NCBI GenBank assembly: GCA_030698885.1
Contig: JAUYLN010000020.1
Coordinates: 7,346 to 71,345 of the forward strand
Direction of reading: 5' to 3'
From: a bacterium
GTDB taxonomy: Bacteria; Patescibacteriota; Minisyncoccia; 2-02-FULL-40-12; IGHO2-01-FULL-4-A
DNA length: 64,000 nucleotides
Shown here in pieces: positions 1-10,339 of this stretch. Made by a program: the position numbers and the translations under genes. Position 1 is the stretch's first letter; each line of letters opens with the position of its first letter. The notes below the pieces were generated by a model. That model was not told the DNA's origin and did not search any database. It saw nothing but the letters and a program-made list of their open reading frames with translations.

Positions 1-983
1 TCTTTTAATTTATCGCAGACATTTTTGGCGTAGCCCATTTGTTCTTCGCCGATGTTCGCCACCTGAACCTGAACGGGGGAAAGCCATAGCGGAAGCCTGC
101 CTTCGGTGTGCTCAAGCAGGACGCCTATAAATCTTTCAAACGAACCGAACACGGCACGGTGAATAACCCAAGGCATTTTTTTATTGCCGTTTTCATCGGT
201 GTAAAAAGTTTCAAATTGTTTGGGTAACATTACTAAATCTAGCTGGGCCGTACCCATTTGCCAGTCGCGGTCCTGGGAATCCTTGAGGTGCGCTTCTATT
301 TTGGGTCCATAAAATGCTCCTTCGCCTTCCTGGACTTCATATTTTACTCCGGAGGCATCCATGGCTTTTTTTAATGCTTCTTCAGCCATATCCCATTCTT
401 CTTTTGTGCCGAGAGCTTTTTTGGGTCTGGTTGCAAGCACATAGCTGGTTTTAAAACTGAACATGTCGTAAAAGCTATCAATGGTTTTTACTATTTTTGA
501 CACTTCATTCTCAACTTGTTCGGGTGCAAGATAAATATGAGCATCATCCATGGTAATTTGCCGGACTCTGAATAATCCGCCAAGCGTGCCAGAAAGTTCA
601 TTTCGGTTCAGCCGGCCAATTTCAGCCAGGCGCAGAGGGAGCTCCCGGTAACTGCGGACTGTTGAATTAAAAACATAAGTGGATTCCGGGCAGTTCATCG
701 GCTTAATGACCAGATGCTCATTCTCATCTCTTGAATTGTCAAAATAGAACATATTTTCGCGGTAATGCTGCCAGTGTCCGGATTTTTCAAAAACCTCTCG
801 CTTAACAATAATTGGAGTTGAAATTTCGTGGTAGTTTTCGCGTTCATTTATTTCTCTGGCTACTCTCTCCAATTCTTTGAAAATTATCATTCCTTTCGGA
901 TGCCAAAAAGGAGCGCCGGGCGCTATTTCGTGAAAGCTAAACAAATCTAATTCGGTTCCTAAGTCTCTGTGGTCTTTTGCCAT
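1..983 (-). CDS. thrS: Threonyl-tRNA synthetase, partial (runs off window start); begins at the catalytic domain
   Basis: Manual translation from ATG 983: MAKDHRDLGTELDLFSFHEIAPGAPFWHPKG..., later KPMNCP, GAFYGPKI, QLDL and HRAVFGSFERF motifs. Confidence 0.93.
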   Translation of the reverse strand, partial: MAKDHRDLGTELDLFSFHEIAPGAPFWHPKGMIIFKELERVAREINERENYHEISTPIIVKREVFEKSGHWQHYRENMFYFDNSRDENEHLVIKPMNCPESTYVFNSTVRSYRELPLRLAEIGRLNRNELSGTLGGLFRVRQITMDDAHIYLAPEQVENEVSKIVKTIDSFYDMFSFKTSYVLATRPKKALGTKEEWDMAEEALKKAMDASGVKYEVQEGEGAFYGPKIEAHLKDSQDRDWQMGTAQLDLVMLPKQFETFYTDENGNKKMPWVIHRAVFGSFERFIGVLLEHTEGRLPLWLSPVQVQVANIGEEQMGYAKNVCDKLK

Positions 984-1149
984 ACCCGGTAGTGAAACTC
1001 CCAGTTGCCTTTTAGTTTTTTTTAACCATAAGGCGTTGAAAGTTTGTCTATGTTTATGTGTTGTTTAATTTAACTAGTATTCCCGGCCGGAAAACTTTTG
1101 TAAGTTCTACTACCGGGCATATCTAGATATTAGCAGAATACTCAGTATT

Positions 1150-1177
1150 AAAACAACCGCCTAGAGGCGGTTGTTTT
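1150..1177. terminator. Bidirectional intrinsic terminator after dnaE
   Basis: aaaacaaccgcc-taga-ggcggttgtttt hairpin with A/T tails. Confidence 0.75.
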
Positions 1178-1184
1178 ATGCTTA

Positions 1185-1215
1185 CTACTCACTACCAACT
1201 ACTTGCTACTAGCTA
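1185..1215. repeat. CTACNNN heptamer tandem repeat abutting the dnaE stop
   Basis: CTACTCA CTACCAA CTACTTG CTACTAG CTA. Confidence 0.7.
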
Positions 1216-4200
1216 GGCTACCATCGCAATCGGTCTGACTTTGTCGCAGAGCAGTTTGGGCACCCCATCTCTTTCGTTAAGTTTGCCGCTGATAATTAAA
1301 ACGCTGTTCTCCTGAAAGACATCAGGGTGTCTTTCAAGCACATCCGGAAATACCACAACTTCAATTCTGGATGTCAGGTCTTCAAGCCACGAGAACATCA
1401 TGGGCTTGCCGGTTTTAGTTATTATTTTCTGTATTTTGGTTACCATTCCGCCTATTTTTACTGAGCCGCGATGAGAGGGTAGGTCTTTTATGTTTATCAA
1501 ATCTTTTTCAAAACTTAATTTCATCTGATAATCCTTAAGCGGATGGTCGGAGATAAACAACCCAAGCAGTTCTTTTTCCCACATTAATTTTTCAGCTCTG
1601 TTGACCGGCTGGGCATCGGCTAAACGGATTGGCGGCATTTTTGATTCAACACCGGGTGCGTCAAATAGGCTTGTTTGTTTTGAGGCGTGGGCTTTATGGC
1701 TGTCGCGGGCATAATTTAGCAGGTGGTCAAGGTTGGCCAATAATCTTCCTCTTTCTTCAAAAATATCCAAAGCCCCACAGCGGATTAAACTTTCAAGCGA
1801 TTTTTTATTAAAATCTTTATCATTAACTCTGATAAGCAAATCGTCTATGGTTTTGTACGGGCCATTATTCTTTCTTTCCTGAATTATGGCATCAACTATA
1901 TGCACCCCGATATTCTTAACCGCTGCCAGACCGAAACGAATGCGGGGCGTGATGTTTTCTCCCGGTACAACCGTAAATTTTCTTGAACTCTCATTTATTT
2001 GCGGCGGTAGAACTTGCATGTCCATGGCTTGGCATTCTTCTATAAGCATCGCAGTCCGTTCTATGTCTCCCGAGGCAGAATTCATCAGCGCGGCCATAAA
2101 TTCAACCGGATAGCTTGCTTTAAGATATGCGGTTTGATAGGCGATAGTGGCGTAACAGGCGGCATGTGATTTATTGAAGCCGTATCTGGCGAAGGGCTCT
2201 ATGAAGTTCCATATCTTTTCGGCGATTTGCTGGTCCAGGCCGTTGCCCATCGCACCGCTTATAAATTTTTCTTTTTGCTGGTCCAGGAGAGTTTTTATTT
2301 TTTTACCCACGGCCTTGATAAGAACATATCCTTGACCAAGGCTGAATCCCGCAACATTGTTGGCTATCTGCATAAGCTGTTCCTGGTAGACGATTATACC
2401 GTAAGTATTTTTTAGTATCGGTTCAAGGGTTGGATGTACATACTCTATCGGCTCTTTGCCGTGTTTGCGTGCCATATAGCGGGGGACCATGCCGGCATCC
2501 AGCGTGCCTGGACGATATAGCGATATCATGGCGATAATGTCTTCAATGCCGTCAGGCTTAAGCTCCTTCAGGTATCGTTTCATGCCCGAACTTTCTACCT
2601 GGAACACGCCGGTGGTTTTTCCTTGGCGCAGTAGTTTAAAAGTATTTTTGTCATCAAGCGGTATTTTATCTATGTCTATTTCTATGTTGTGATTTTCTTT
2701 TATCAGCTGAAGGGTGTCGTGAATAATGGTCAGGTTTGAAAGCCCCAGAAAGTCCATTTTCAAAAGTCCAAGGTCGGCAACAGCATTCATTTCGTATTGG
2801 GTGATAATATCACCTTCGTTGGTGCCTCGTTGAAGCGGAAGATAGTCTGTGAGTGGTCCCGGTGCTATCACGACGGCACAGGCATGAGTTGAGGAATGCC
2901 TGACTGTGCCTTCAAGACGTGAAGCCGAGTCTATGAGTTTTTTAACATCAGGATTAGTTGAATAATGCTGTCTTATTTCATCAACCTCTTCAATGCATTT
3001 TTTTAGGAAGCCGGATTTTTGGCCTTGATTAGGGGCAAGCGGTATAAGTTTGGCTATTTTATCGCAAAATTCATAAGAAAAACCAAGTGCTCTTCCGGCA
3101 TCACGGATGCTTCCTCTGGCCGCCATAGTACCGAAGGTTATGACCTGGGCAAAGTGGTCTTTGCCATATTTGTTGCGCACATATTCAAAAACCTCATCCC
3201 GCCTCATATCATCAAAATCAATATCAATATCGGGCATGCTGACCCTCTCTGGATTTAAGAACCTTTCAAAAAGGAGATTATAGTGTATAGGATCAATGTT
3301 TGTAATATTTAAGGCATAGGCGATTATACTGCCGGCGGCCGAACCTCTTCCGGGGCCGACGATTATGCCTTGGCCTTTGGCCCAGTTAACAAAATCCTGA
3401 ACGATAAGAAAATAACTTGCGAATCCTGTTTTCTGGATAACATCAAGCTCATACTCCAGTCTTTTTATTATTTCCGGTCCGGGTTCCGTGCCGTATCTTT
3501 TGATGAGGCCGGCAAAAGATAGTTCTCTTAAATACTGCTCGGCTGTTTTATTTTCCGGCAAAGGAAAGTTAGGCAACTTGTTGTTGCCTAACTCTATTTC
3601 AACATTGCACATGTCGGCAATCTTAGCCGTGTTCTCAAGAGCTTCTGGAATATCGGCAAATTTTTCCAGCATTTTTTCGGGCGGTAATATTGAGAAGTCA
3701 TCGTTTCTCAATGTAAGCCTGTCTTTGTCACTGACCTGGGTTCCGGTTTGTACGGCCAAGAGGACGTCATGGGCTTCGGCATCCTCGCTTTTGCAGTAAT
3801 GAGAATCTTGGGTAGCCGCCATAGGTATGCCTGTTTCTTTTGATAATCTGATTATTTCCGGGGTGGTAAAATTCTGGTCTTCAATAAAAGGATGTTGCTG
3901 GACCTCCAGATAAAAATTGCCGGAACCAAAAATTTCCTGATACTCCAGGGCTATTTTTTTAGCTTTGTCGTATTGTCTTGAGAGGATAGCGGTTGAAATT
4001 TCTCCGCCAAGGCAAGCCGAAAGACAGACTAGGCCCTCTGAGTGCTCTCGGAGTAGTTTTCTGTCTATTCTGGGTTTGTAGTAAAAGCCTTCCAGGTGAG
4101 ATGCCGTAACCAGCTTGATGAGGTTTTGATAGCCGGTATTATTTTTGGCAAGAAGAATAAGATGGTAATAATTTTTTACTCCTCGGCCGGGAGTTTTGTC

Positions 4201-4422
4201 ATACATGTCCCCGGTGATATACATCTCGCAGCCGATTATCGGTTTGATGCCAGCCTTTTTGGCTTTTTGATAAAACTCTATAGCTCCGTACATTACACCA
4301 TGGTCTGTGATTGCGGCCGCATCCATGCCAAGTTCCTTGACTCTTGCAACCAGCTCGTCAACCTTGGTCAGGCCGTCTAGCAAGGAGTAGTGAGTGTGGG
4401 TGTGGAGGTGAGCGAAGCGCAT
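1213..4422 (-). CDS. dnaE: DNA polymerase III alpha subunit
   Basis: PHP motif HLHTHTHYSLLDG, GRGSAAGS, PDIDIDF, YGFNKSH, C-terminal OB fold; start moved to ATG 4422. Confidence 0.97.
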   Translation of the reverse strand: MRFAHLHTHTHYSLLDGLTKVDELVARVKELGMDAAAITDHGVMYGAIEFYQKAKKAGIKPIIGCEMYITGDMYDKTPGRGVKNYYHLILLAKNNTGYQNLIKLVTASHLEGFYYKPRIDRKLLREHSEGLVCLSACLGGEISTAILSRQYDKAKKIALEYQEIFGSGNFYLEVQQHPFIEDQNFTTPEIIRLSKETGIPMAATQDSHYCKSEDAEAHDVLLAVQTGTQVSDKDRLTLRNDDFSILPPEKMLEKFADIPEALENTAKIADMCNVEIELGNNKLPNFPLPENKTAEQYLRELSFAGLIKRYGTEPGPEIIKRLEYELDVIQKTGFASYFLIVQDFVNWAKGQGIIVGPGRGSAAGSIIAYALNITNIDPIHYNLLFERFLNPERVSMPDIDIDFDDMRRDEVFEYVRNKYGKDHFAQVITFGTMAARGSIRDAGRALGFSYEFCDKIAKLIPLAPNQGQKSGFLKKCIEEVDEIRQHYSTNPDVKKLIDSASRLEGTVRHSSTHACAVVIAPGPLTDYLPLQRGTNEGDIITQYEMNAVADLGLLKMDFLGLSNLTIIHDTLQLIKENHNIEIDIDKIPLDDKNTFKLLRQGKTTGVFQVESSGMKRYLKELKPDGIEDIIAMISLYRPGTLDAGMVPRYMARKHGKEPIEYVHPTLEPILKNTYGIIVYQEQLMQIANNVAGFSLGQGYVLIKAVGKKIKTLLDQQKEKFISGAMGNGLDQQIAEKIWNFIEPFARYGFNKSHAACYATIAYQTAYLKASYPVEFMAALMNSASGDIERTAMLIEECQAMDMQVLPPQINESSRKFTVVPGENITPRIRFGLAAVKNIGVHIVDAIIQERKNNGPYKTIDDLLIRVNDKDFNKKSLESLIRCGALDIFEERGRLLANLDHLLNYARDSHKAHASKQTSLFDAPGVESKMPPIRLADAQPVNRAEKLMWEKELLGLFISDHPLKDYQMKLSFEKDLINIKDLPSHRGSVKIGGMVTKIQKIITKTGKPMMFSWLEDLTSRIEVVVFPDVLERHPDVFQENSVLIISGKLNERDGVPKLLCDKVRPIAMVA

Positions 4423-4546
4423 ACTTAATTTTACCATGAGTAAAAAATAACCAACAATTTTTGGGTTTTGTGGACAACGCCTATCAAAAACAGCAGATAT
4501 CAAACATCAAACATCATAACGACAAATCAAAAGTAAAAATTGTAAA

Positions 4547-4573
4547 CCCCCACACCCATGTATGGGTGTGGGG
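4547..4573. repeat. Short palindrome ccccacacccat-gt-atgggtgtgggg
   Basis: Perfect 12-bp inverted repeat in the divergent intergenic region. Confidence 0.6.
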
Positions 4574-4660
4574 TAAAGGAGAGCGCCCGCTATTAAGATT
4601 GACAACTATCATTCTTTATGATAATGTTTTGATAGCTCTTAAAAGACAAGGAGATTAAGC

Positions 4661-5101
4661 ATGAGATTATCGAGATATTATATCTTGACAGCTATTGTCG
4701 TAGCTTTATTTATTGCATTCGCGGGTTACTGCCACTCACGAGTGTACGTTTCGGCGGCGACAGTAGATGGTGCCGAGATAAAGATCAGGATAGATTACGT
4801 GAGCTTTTTTTCTTCTGATTTTTATGACATTGTTTATCACAGGAAGACAAAACTTGTTGTAGCGAAAATGGGCGTGGCATATATTTATGAAAATGAGCAA
4901 TTACTAAAGCCGGCTATCATTGGCGAAGGAGCCCCGGGTTTTATTATCGATGTTGAGGTTCAATATCCGGAATACTTTCTGGAGTTGATTAAGGAGCTAG
5001 ACCGAGCAAAGACCGAAGTTTTATTGAGAGTGAGGGCAGTTGAGGTTGAAAAGGCAATAATGGCCATTAAAAAGTTTAAGAAAAATAAGAGCAGTCATTA
5101 A
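4661..5101 (+). CDS. Hypothetical protein with N-terminal membrane/signal segment
   Basis: 146-aa ORF, AGGAG SD upstream, hydrophobic N-terminus, hairpin terminator at 5204-5230. Confidence 0.7.
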   Translation: MRLSRYYILTAIVVALFIAFAGYCHSRVYVSAATVDGAEIKIRIDYVSFFSSDFYDIVYHRKTKLVVAKMGVAYIYENEQLLKPAIIGEGAPGFIIDVEVQYPEYFLELIKELDRAKTEVLLRVRAVEVEKAIMAIKKFKKNKSSH

Positions 5102-5247
5102 GAAAACAAAAAAGTAAAAAGAATTTAATTTGCCGAGAGTAATATAGGCCAGATTTATTTTTTTACATAATTCTCTTTCGTAACCGGCATCCTTTAATGC
5201 GTCGGGACCCCGTTTATACGGGGTCTTTTTGTTTCGGAGTACTATAG

Positions 5248-5276
5248 TTGACAAATATTAAAAAGGTTGCTATAAA
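5248..5276 (+). promoter_or_regulatory. Sigma70-type promoter of the SPFH operon
   Basis: TTGACA-17 bp-TATAAA with TG extension. Confidence 0.65.
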
Positions 5277-5357
5277 CCCAATGATGCCTATTTATATGAT
5301 TCTACTGAATTTTTTAAAAAATAGGCGTCGTAGCTGTTTAAAAAAAGGAGTATCAAT

Positions 5358-5624
5358 GTGGAAGAGGCCTTAGCCGTCAACAAAGAGTTTATAAGTTTGT
5401 TTATTTCCTTGATAGGATGGGGAGGGTTTATTATTGTTTGCTTGATTTTCAGGGATTTTATTGTGGCCGCTCTTTCTAATGCGGCGGCATGGTTTTTACT
5501 CCAAGCAGATAAAAAAACCCAAGAAAGGCTGATTGTACATCTTGTAAATAAGAAAATGACATTGCGAGAACTATACAGAGAGCTCAAAAATGATTTTGAA
5601 GAAAAAGAGGAGGTAGCTAAATGA
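5358..5624 (+). CDS. Small membrane protein
   Basis: 88 aa, one TM segment, AGGAG SD, overlaps the next start. Confidence 0.7.
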   Translation: MEEALAVNKEFISLFISLIGWGGFIIVCLIFRDFIVAALSNAAAWFLLQADKKTQERLIVHLVNKKMTLRELYRELKNDFEEKEEVAK

Positions 5625-5872
5625 CCTTTCTAAGAATAATTCAGCTTTTGGTTTTTGTCACGTTTATTTATTCCATGGTTACTCAAGTCGTGGTTCCTCT
5701 TTGGAATGGAACAAAGCTGTTTCCGACTTTAAGAACCAAGGAAGGAAGACTAAAATCAGAGTTGACTGACCTAAGGCAGAAAGAAGCCGAGGCCTTACTG
5801 GCTAGACGGGTTAGTGAAGAAAAAGAGAGACTTTCCAAACTTCAGAATGATAATACGGTTAACCAGGGATAG
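5621..5872 (+). CDS. Small membrane-anchored coiled-coil protein
   Basis: 83 aa, N-terminal TM, charged helical tail, GAGGAGG SD. Confidence 0.7.
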   Translation: MTFLRIIQLLVFVTFIYSMVTQVVVPLWNGTKLFPTLRTKEGRLKSELTDLRQKEAEALLARRVSEEKERLSKLQNDNTVNQG

Positions 5873-5897
5873 ATAAAAGAAAAAAGGAGGAAAAACG

Positions 5898-7175
5898 ATG
5901 GAAACGAAAAAAGTAATATCACTGATTGTGGCAGGCATTCTAATAGTCATCGGATTATCCATGCTAGGCAAATTAGTAGAAAACGTTGATGCCGAAGAAA
6001 TTTTGGTAATTCAGGATCCTGTTGATGGCGAACTGCATTGGCATGTAACTCCGGGACTTAAGGCTCAATGGTTTGGGAAGACAACTAAGTATCCAAAAAG
6101 AGGAACTTATAGGTTTGAATGCGAAGAATTCGTAACCAAGCAAGTCACTGACGAAGAAGGTAGCATGAGAGACGAGCAAGTATGTAATCCCGATAAGGAC
6201 CGCAGAATTAGGGTTAGATTCAATGATGGCGGTCATGCCACTATGACCGGCTCTATGCAGTTTGATATGCCCCTGGACGAACTTAATCTTACCAGGGCTC
6301 ACACCAAATTTGCCACTCCGGAGGCCATACAAAAGCAATTGATTGAGACCGTTATGAATAAGTCTATGTACATGACGGGCCCATTAATGAGCTCTAAAGA
6401 ATCTTATGCCGAGAAAAGAAACGCACTTATCAGTTTTGTGGAAGACCAAGTAGAGGGTGGTATATACAGAACGATTCAAAAAGAAATTAGAGTTCCCGAC
6501 CCAATTACAGGAGCTGACAAGACCATAACGGTGGTTGAGATAATGACAGGTGCTGATGGGTTACCTCAGAGACAGGAGTCGGCTCAGCTAACGGCATTTG
6601 GCATCAAGCCTTTCAACTTTACCATTACGGAAGTGGATTACGATGAAGAAGTAGAGGCACAGATTAAGCAACAGCAACAGCTTATTATGGATGTTCAGAC
6701 ATCCGTAGCTCAAGCAAAGAAGTCAGAGCAGAATGCTATAACTGTAGCTGAGCAAGGAAAAGCAGATGCAGCAGAATCTAAATGGAAGCAGGAAGTAATA
6801 AAGGCGCAGGCAGTAACAGAGGCCGAACAGGAGCTGGCAGTTGCGAAGCTACAAAGGGAAGCAGCCGAACAGACCAAGCAGAAAGAAATTTTGCTTGGTC
6901 AGGGCGAAGCTGAAAGAAAGCGTTTAGTTATGAATGCCGATGGGCAGTTGACCCAGAAGTTGGAGGTCTACTATAAAGTTCAGGAGCGCTGGGCCACGGC
7001 TTTTGAAAAACACCAAGGACCTCTGGTACCGAGTGTTGTTATGGGTGGAGGGCAGGATAGTTCAAGGAATGCCTCAAATACTACTTCCGATCTTGTTAAT
7101 TTACTTACTATCAAGACGGCTAAAGATTTGAGTCTTGATCTGAGTGTTCCAAAGGGAAATCAGGGAGCTCAATAA
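5898..7175 (+). CDS. SPFH/band-7 (flotillin/prohibitin-like) membrane protein
   Basis: N-terminal TM, SPFH-like core, long Ala/Glu/Gln-rich coiled coil (GEAERKRL), VPSVVMG tail. Confidence 0.8.
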   Translation: METKKVISLIVAGILIVIGLSMLGKLVENVDAEEILVIQDPVDGELHWHVTPGLKAQWFGKTTKYPKRGTYRFECEEFVTKQVTDEEGSMRDEQVCNPDKDRRIRVRFNDGGHATMTGSMQFDMPLDELNLTRAHTKFATPEAIQKQLIETVMNKSMYMTGPLMSSKESYAEKRNALISFVEDQVEGGIYRTIQKEIRVPDPITGADKTITVVEIMTGADGLPQRQESAQLTAFGIKPFNFTITEVDYDEEVEAQIKQQQQLIMDVQTSVAQAKKSEQNAITVAEQGKADAAESKWKQEVIKAQAVTEAEQELAVAKLQREAAEQTKQKEILLGQGEAERKRLVMNADGQLTQKLEVYYKVQERWATAFEKHQGPLVPSVVMGGGQDSSRNASNTTSDLVNLLTIKTAKDLSLDLSVPKGNQGAQ

Positions 7176-7187
7176 TTATTTTTTCAT

Positions 7188-7211
7188 GCGACCAGATAGT
7201 GGTCGCTTTTT
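7188..7211 (+). terminator. Intrinsic terminator
   Basis: gcgacca-gatag-tggtcgc followed by T run. Confidence 0.7.
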
Positions 7212-7273
7212 ATTTTTATACTATTGCATTCGTATTTTGAAAGTGATAGTATTTTTTTATTCGCTAATCTTAC

Positions 7274-7657
7274 ATGAGCATTCAAGAGCTGAAAAAAATT
7301 GCAGAATCCGTTGGAGGGGTAGTTGTATTTGACGGTGATAAACCTTCTCTTATTATTTTGCCTTTTGATAAATATCAGGAGCAGTTAAGCGGTACTAAAG
7401 CCGTTGCCTCGTCTGAAGAGGCTGTTGCTAATGATATTAACGAGACGGAGAGAGACGAGCTGAAGCCCTCGTTAGCCAGTTATCAAAGCGAGCAATTAGC
7501 CCAAGGTAATGGCCAGAATTTTTATTCGGAAGCTGAAGAGGGTCCTTCTCGGGATAATCATGAGAATACAGACCAAGACTTAGTAGAGCAGTTAAATAGG
7601 GAGATAGAGGCCTTAAAAGACGAAGTTAGAATGAGGGAGGCCGAAGAGCTTGACTAA
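7274..7657 (+). CDS. Hypothetical acidic protein; N-terminus resembles the Phd/YefM antitoxin fold
   Basis: VVVFDGDKPSLIILPFDKYQE resembles the Phd-type beta-beta-helix pattern; acidic tail. Confidence 0.55.
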   Translation: MSIQELKKIAESVGGVVVFDGDKPSLIILPFDKYQEQLSGTKAVASSEEAVANDINETERDELKPSLASYQSEQLAQGNGQNFYSEAEEGPSRDNHENTDQDLVEQLNREIEALKDEVRMREAEELD

Positions 7658-7805
7658 CCATGGGCGTTCGGTTACAATTAAAAAACCCTAAATTTATTAA
7701 TAATTCGGGATTAATTTTCAGGATTACCATGCTAAATCTACAGCGGAGTCTCGTTTGACGGGACGGAGGGCGGTAGCTTTTGCTAGATAATCGTACTAAT
7801 AGAAA

Positions 7806-9008
7806 ATGGCAGATAAATTTGACAGGAGTAAGCCGCACTTAAATGTCGGCACAATAGGTCACGTTGACCATGGTAAAACCACCTTAACGGCGGCTATTTT
7901 GCATACCGCTAATTTGTTCAATGAGGAAGGCTATAAAGCCAGAAACGAAGGTGTTGACCAAATTGACAATGCGCCCGAGGAAAGAGCTCGTGGTATAACC
8001 ATAGCTTTGCATCATTCTGAATATGAAACTCCAAAGAGGCACTATGCTCACGTAGATGCTCCCGGGCACGCTGACTATATTAAAAATATGATAACCGGTG
8101 CTGCCCAGATGGACGGCGCAGTTTTGGTTGTTGCCGCCACCGATGGTCCGATGCCTCAAACCAGAGAGCACATACTTTTAGCCAGACAGGTGGGCGTACC
8201 TTCAATAATCGTTTTCATGAATAAGGTTGACCAGGTTGAAGACCCGGAATTGCTTGATTTGGTTGAAGCAGAAATCAGGGAGCTTTTGAACAAGTATCAG
8301 TTCCCCGGCGACACTACTCCTATAATAAGAGGTTCAGGCCTCAAAGCTTTAGAAGCTAAATCAAAAGATGATCCTGCCGCCAAGCCACTAAAGGAACTTT
8401 TGGACACATTAGATTCCTTTATTCCGGAACCGGTTCGTGAGAATGATAAGCCTTTCCTTATGCCTGTTGAGGATGTCTTCTCTATTGAGGGCCGAGGTAC
8501 TGTTGTTACCGGTAGAATTGAAAGGGGTCAAGTTGGTATTAACGAAGAAATAGAAGTAGTCGGTCTTAAAGATACTCAAAAGACTGTTGTCACAGGTATT
8601 GAAATGTTCAATAAGCAATTGGATAAAGGTATGGCCGGTGATAATGCCGGACTCCTATTGAGGGGCCTTAAGAAAGAAGATGTATCCCGCGGCCAAGTAT
8701 TGGCCAAGCCGGGTAGTATAACTCCTCATACCGATTTTGATGCTGAAGTTTATATATTATCCAAGGAAGAAGGAGGCCGACATACGCCATTCTTTAAAGG
8801 TTATAAACCGCAATTTTACTTTAGAACTACAGATGTTACAGGTGAGGTAACCTTGCCAGAGGGTACAGAAATGGTTATGCCCGGAGACACAATTACATTT
8901 AAAGTTAAGCTTATTGCCCCGATAGCCATGGAAGAAAAACAGAGGTTCGCTATCAGAGAAGGGGGTAAAACAGTGGGGGCCGGAGTCGTAACTAAAGTCG
9001 TAGCTTAA
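7806..9008 (+). CDS. tuf: Elongation factor Tu
   Basis: [31 protein letters not shown]. Confidence 0.99.
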   Translation: MADKFDRSKPHLNVGTIGHVDHGKTTLTAAILHTANLFNEEGYKARNEGVDQIDNAPEERARGITIALHHSEYETPKRHYAHVDAPGHADYIKNMITGAAQMDGAVLVVAATDGPMPQTREHILLARQVGVPSIIVFMNKVDQVEDPELLDLVEAEIRELLNKYQFPGDTTPIIRGSGLKALEAKSKDDPAAKPLKELLDTLDSFIPEPVRENDKPFLMPVEDVFSIEGRGTVVTGRIERGQVGINEEIEVVGLKDTQKTVVTGIEMFNKQLDKGMAGDNAGLLLRGLKKEDVSRGQVLAKPGSITPHTDFDAEVYILSKEEGGRHTPFFKGYKPQFYFRTTDVTGEVTLPEGTEMVMPGDTITFKVKLIAPIAMEEKQRFAIREGGKTVGAGVVTKVVA

Positions 9009-9074
9009 TGAATTAAAGCAAGAACCCCCTTATCCTTAAGGATAAGGGGGTTCTCCAGCTAAAGCACTTAAAAA

Positions 9075-9416
9075 ATGCCGACACAAACGAAAAAAAAATC
9101 AGAGAGCCATGAACAGCAGAAAATCAGAATAAAGCTGAAGGCTTATGATAATAAGGTAATTGATAAATCTGCCAAACAGATTGTTGATACTATTGAAAGA
9201 AACGGGGGTAAAGTTGTTGGCCCGGTACCTTTGCCGACGGAGATCCATAAGTATACTGTTAACCGTTCAACCTTTATTGATAAGAATTCAAGAGAGCAGT
9301 TTGAAATGAGAGTTCACAAGAGATTAGTTGAGATACCGAACTATACGCCAAAGATAATTGATTCTTTGCAGAATCTTAGTTTGCCCGCAGGAGTTGATAT
9401 TGAAATTAAAATGTAA
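9075..9416 (+). CDS. rpsJ: 30S ribosomal protein S10
   Basis: [30 protein letters not shown]. Confidence 0.98.
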   Translation: MPTQTKKKSESHEQQKIRIKLKAYDNKVIDKSAKQIVDTIERNGGKVVGPVPLPTEIHKYTVNRSTFIDKNSREQFEMRVHKRLVEIPNYTPKIIDSLQNLSLPAGVDIEIKM

Positions 9417-9639
9417 GTAGATATCCTGAGCTGAGCTCGGTATCCTTAGCGAATGGTTCGGGAATACTCACCACAAGTAGGGCATCCGAATAAAGTCATA
9501 AATAATAGAATGTAGGCATTGGCCGTTTTTATTTTAAAACGACTGTTGCGTGCATTTTATGCATAAGAAACCAATAATTTAGAAGTTAGATAGCAGAGTT
9601 TAGCTGATTTTTAATTACCCCAGCTAAATCTGGGATTTT

Positions 9640-10266
9640 ATGTTTTTACTAGGCAGAAAAATTGGTATGAGTCAGGTTTTTTCTGAAGATGGAAAAGTTA
9701 CGCCGGTAACTATTGTTGAAGCCGGACCGATTATTATAGTCCAAGTAAAAACCAAAGATAAAGATGGTTATAACGCAGTCCAGTTTGGATACGGAGAGAA
9801 TAAAAAAATAAAGAAACCTCAGTCCGGACATTCGGGAAAACTGGGTAATTTCAGGGTATTTAAAGAACTCAAAACTGATGATGTTAAAATTGGTACCGGT
9901 GAACAGGAAAAAGAAATAAAAAAAGGCGAAGTTATTGATACCGGAATATTTAATATAGGAGATGCCATTAAGGTCAGAGGACTAAGTAAGGCTAAGGGGT
10001 TTCAAGGTGTTGTTAAAAGGCATGGGTTCCATGGTGCTCCCGCAAGTCATGGTCACAAAAGCATGTTACGCCGTCCGGGATCAATCGGTCAGAGATTTCC
10101 TCAACATACGCTTCCCGGCATGAGAATGGCCGGCAGAATGGGAGGAGTGAACATTACAGTCCGAGGCCTTAAAGTTATGGCGATAGACAAAGCTAAAAAT
10201 TTAATGGCGATAAAGGGCGCAGTGCCGGGCAGAAGAGGAACATTATTAGAAATATCAAAAATGTAA
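9640..10266 (+). CDS. rplC: 50S ribosomal protein L3
   Basis: GRKIGMSQ, KGFQGVVKRHG, RMAGRMG. Confidence 0.98.
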   Translation: MFLLGRKIGMSQVFSEDGKVTPVTIVEAGPIIIVQVKTKDKDGYNAVQFGYGENKKIKKPQSGHSGKLGNFRVFKELKTDDVKIGTGEQEKEIKKGEVIDTGIFNIGDAIKVRGLSKAKGFQGVVKRHGFHGAPASHGHKSMLRRPGSIGQRFPQHTLPGMRMAGRMGGVNITVRGLKVMAIDKAKNLMAIKGAVPGRRGTLLEISKM

Positions 10267-10336
10267 TCTACTGATTACTAATAAAATCACTAATATACTA
10301 ATTAGTACATTTGTATCCAATTCGTAATTAGTAGAT
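10266..10336. repeat. Family-A junction hairpin (rplC/rplD)
   Basis: ATCTAC...GTAGAT imperfect palindrome filling the intergenic gap. Confidence 0.9.
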
Positions 10337-10339
10337 GAA

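Noticed and set aside
1213-4422. Intein or split gene in dnaE
   Set aside because: Continuous ORF of normal length with no intein motifs visible
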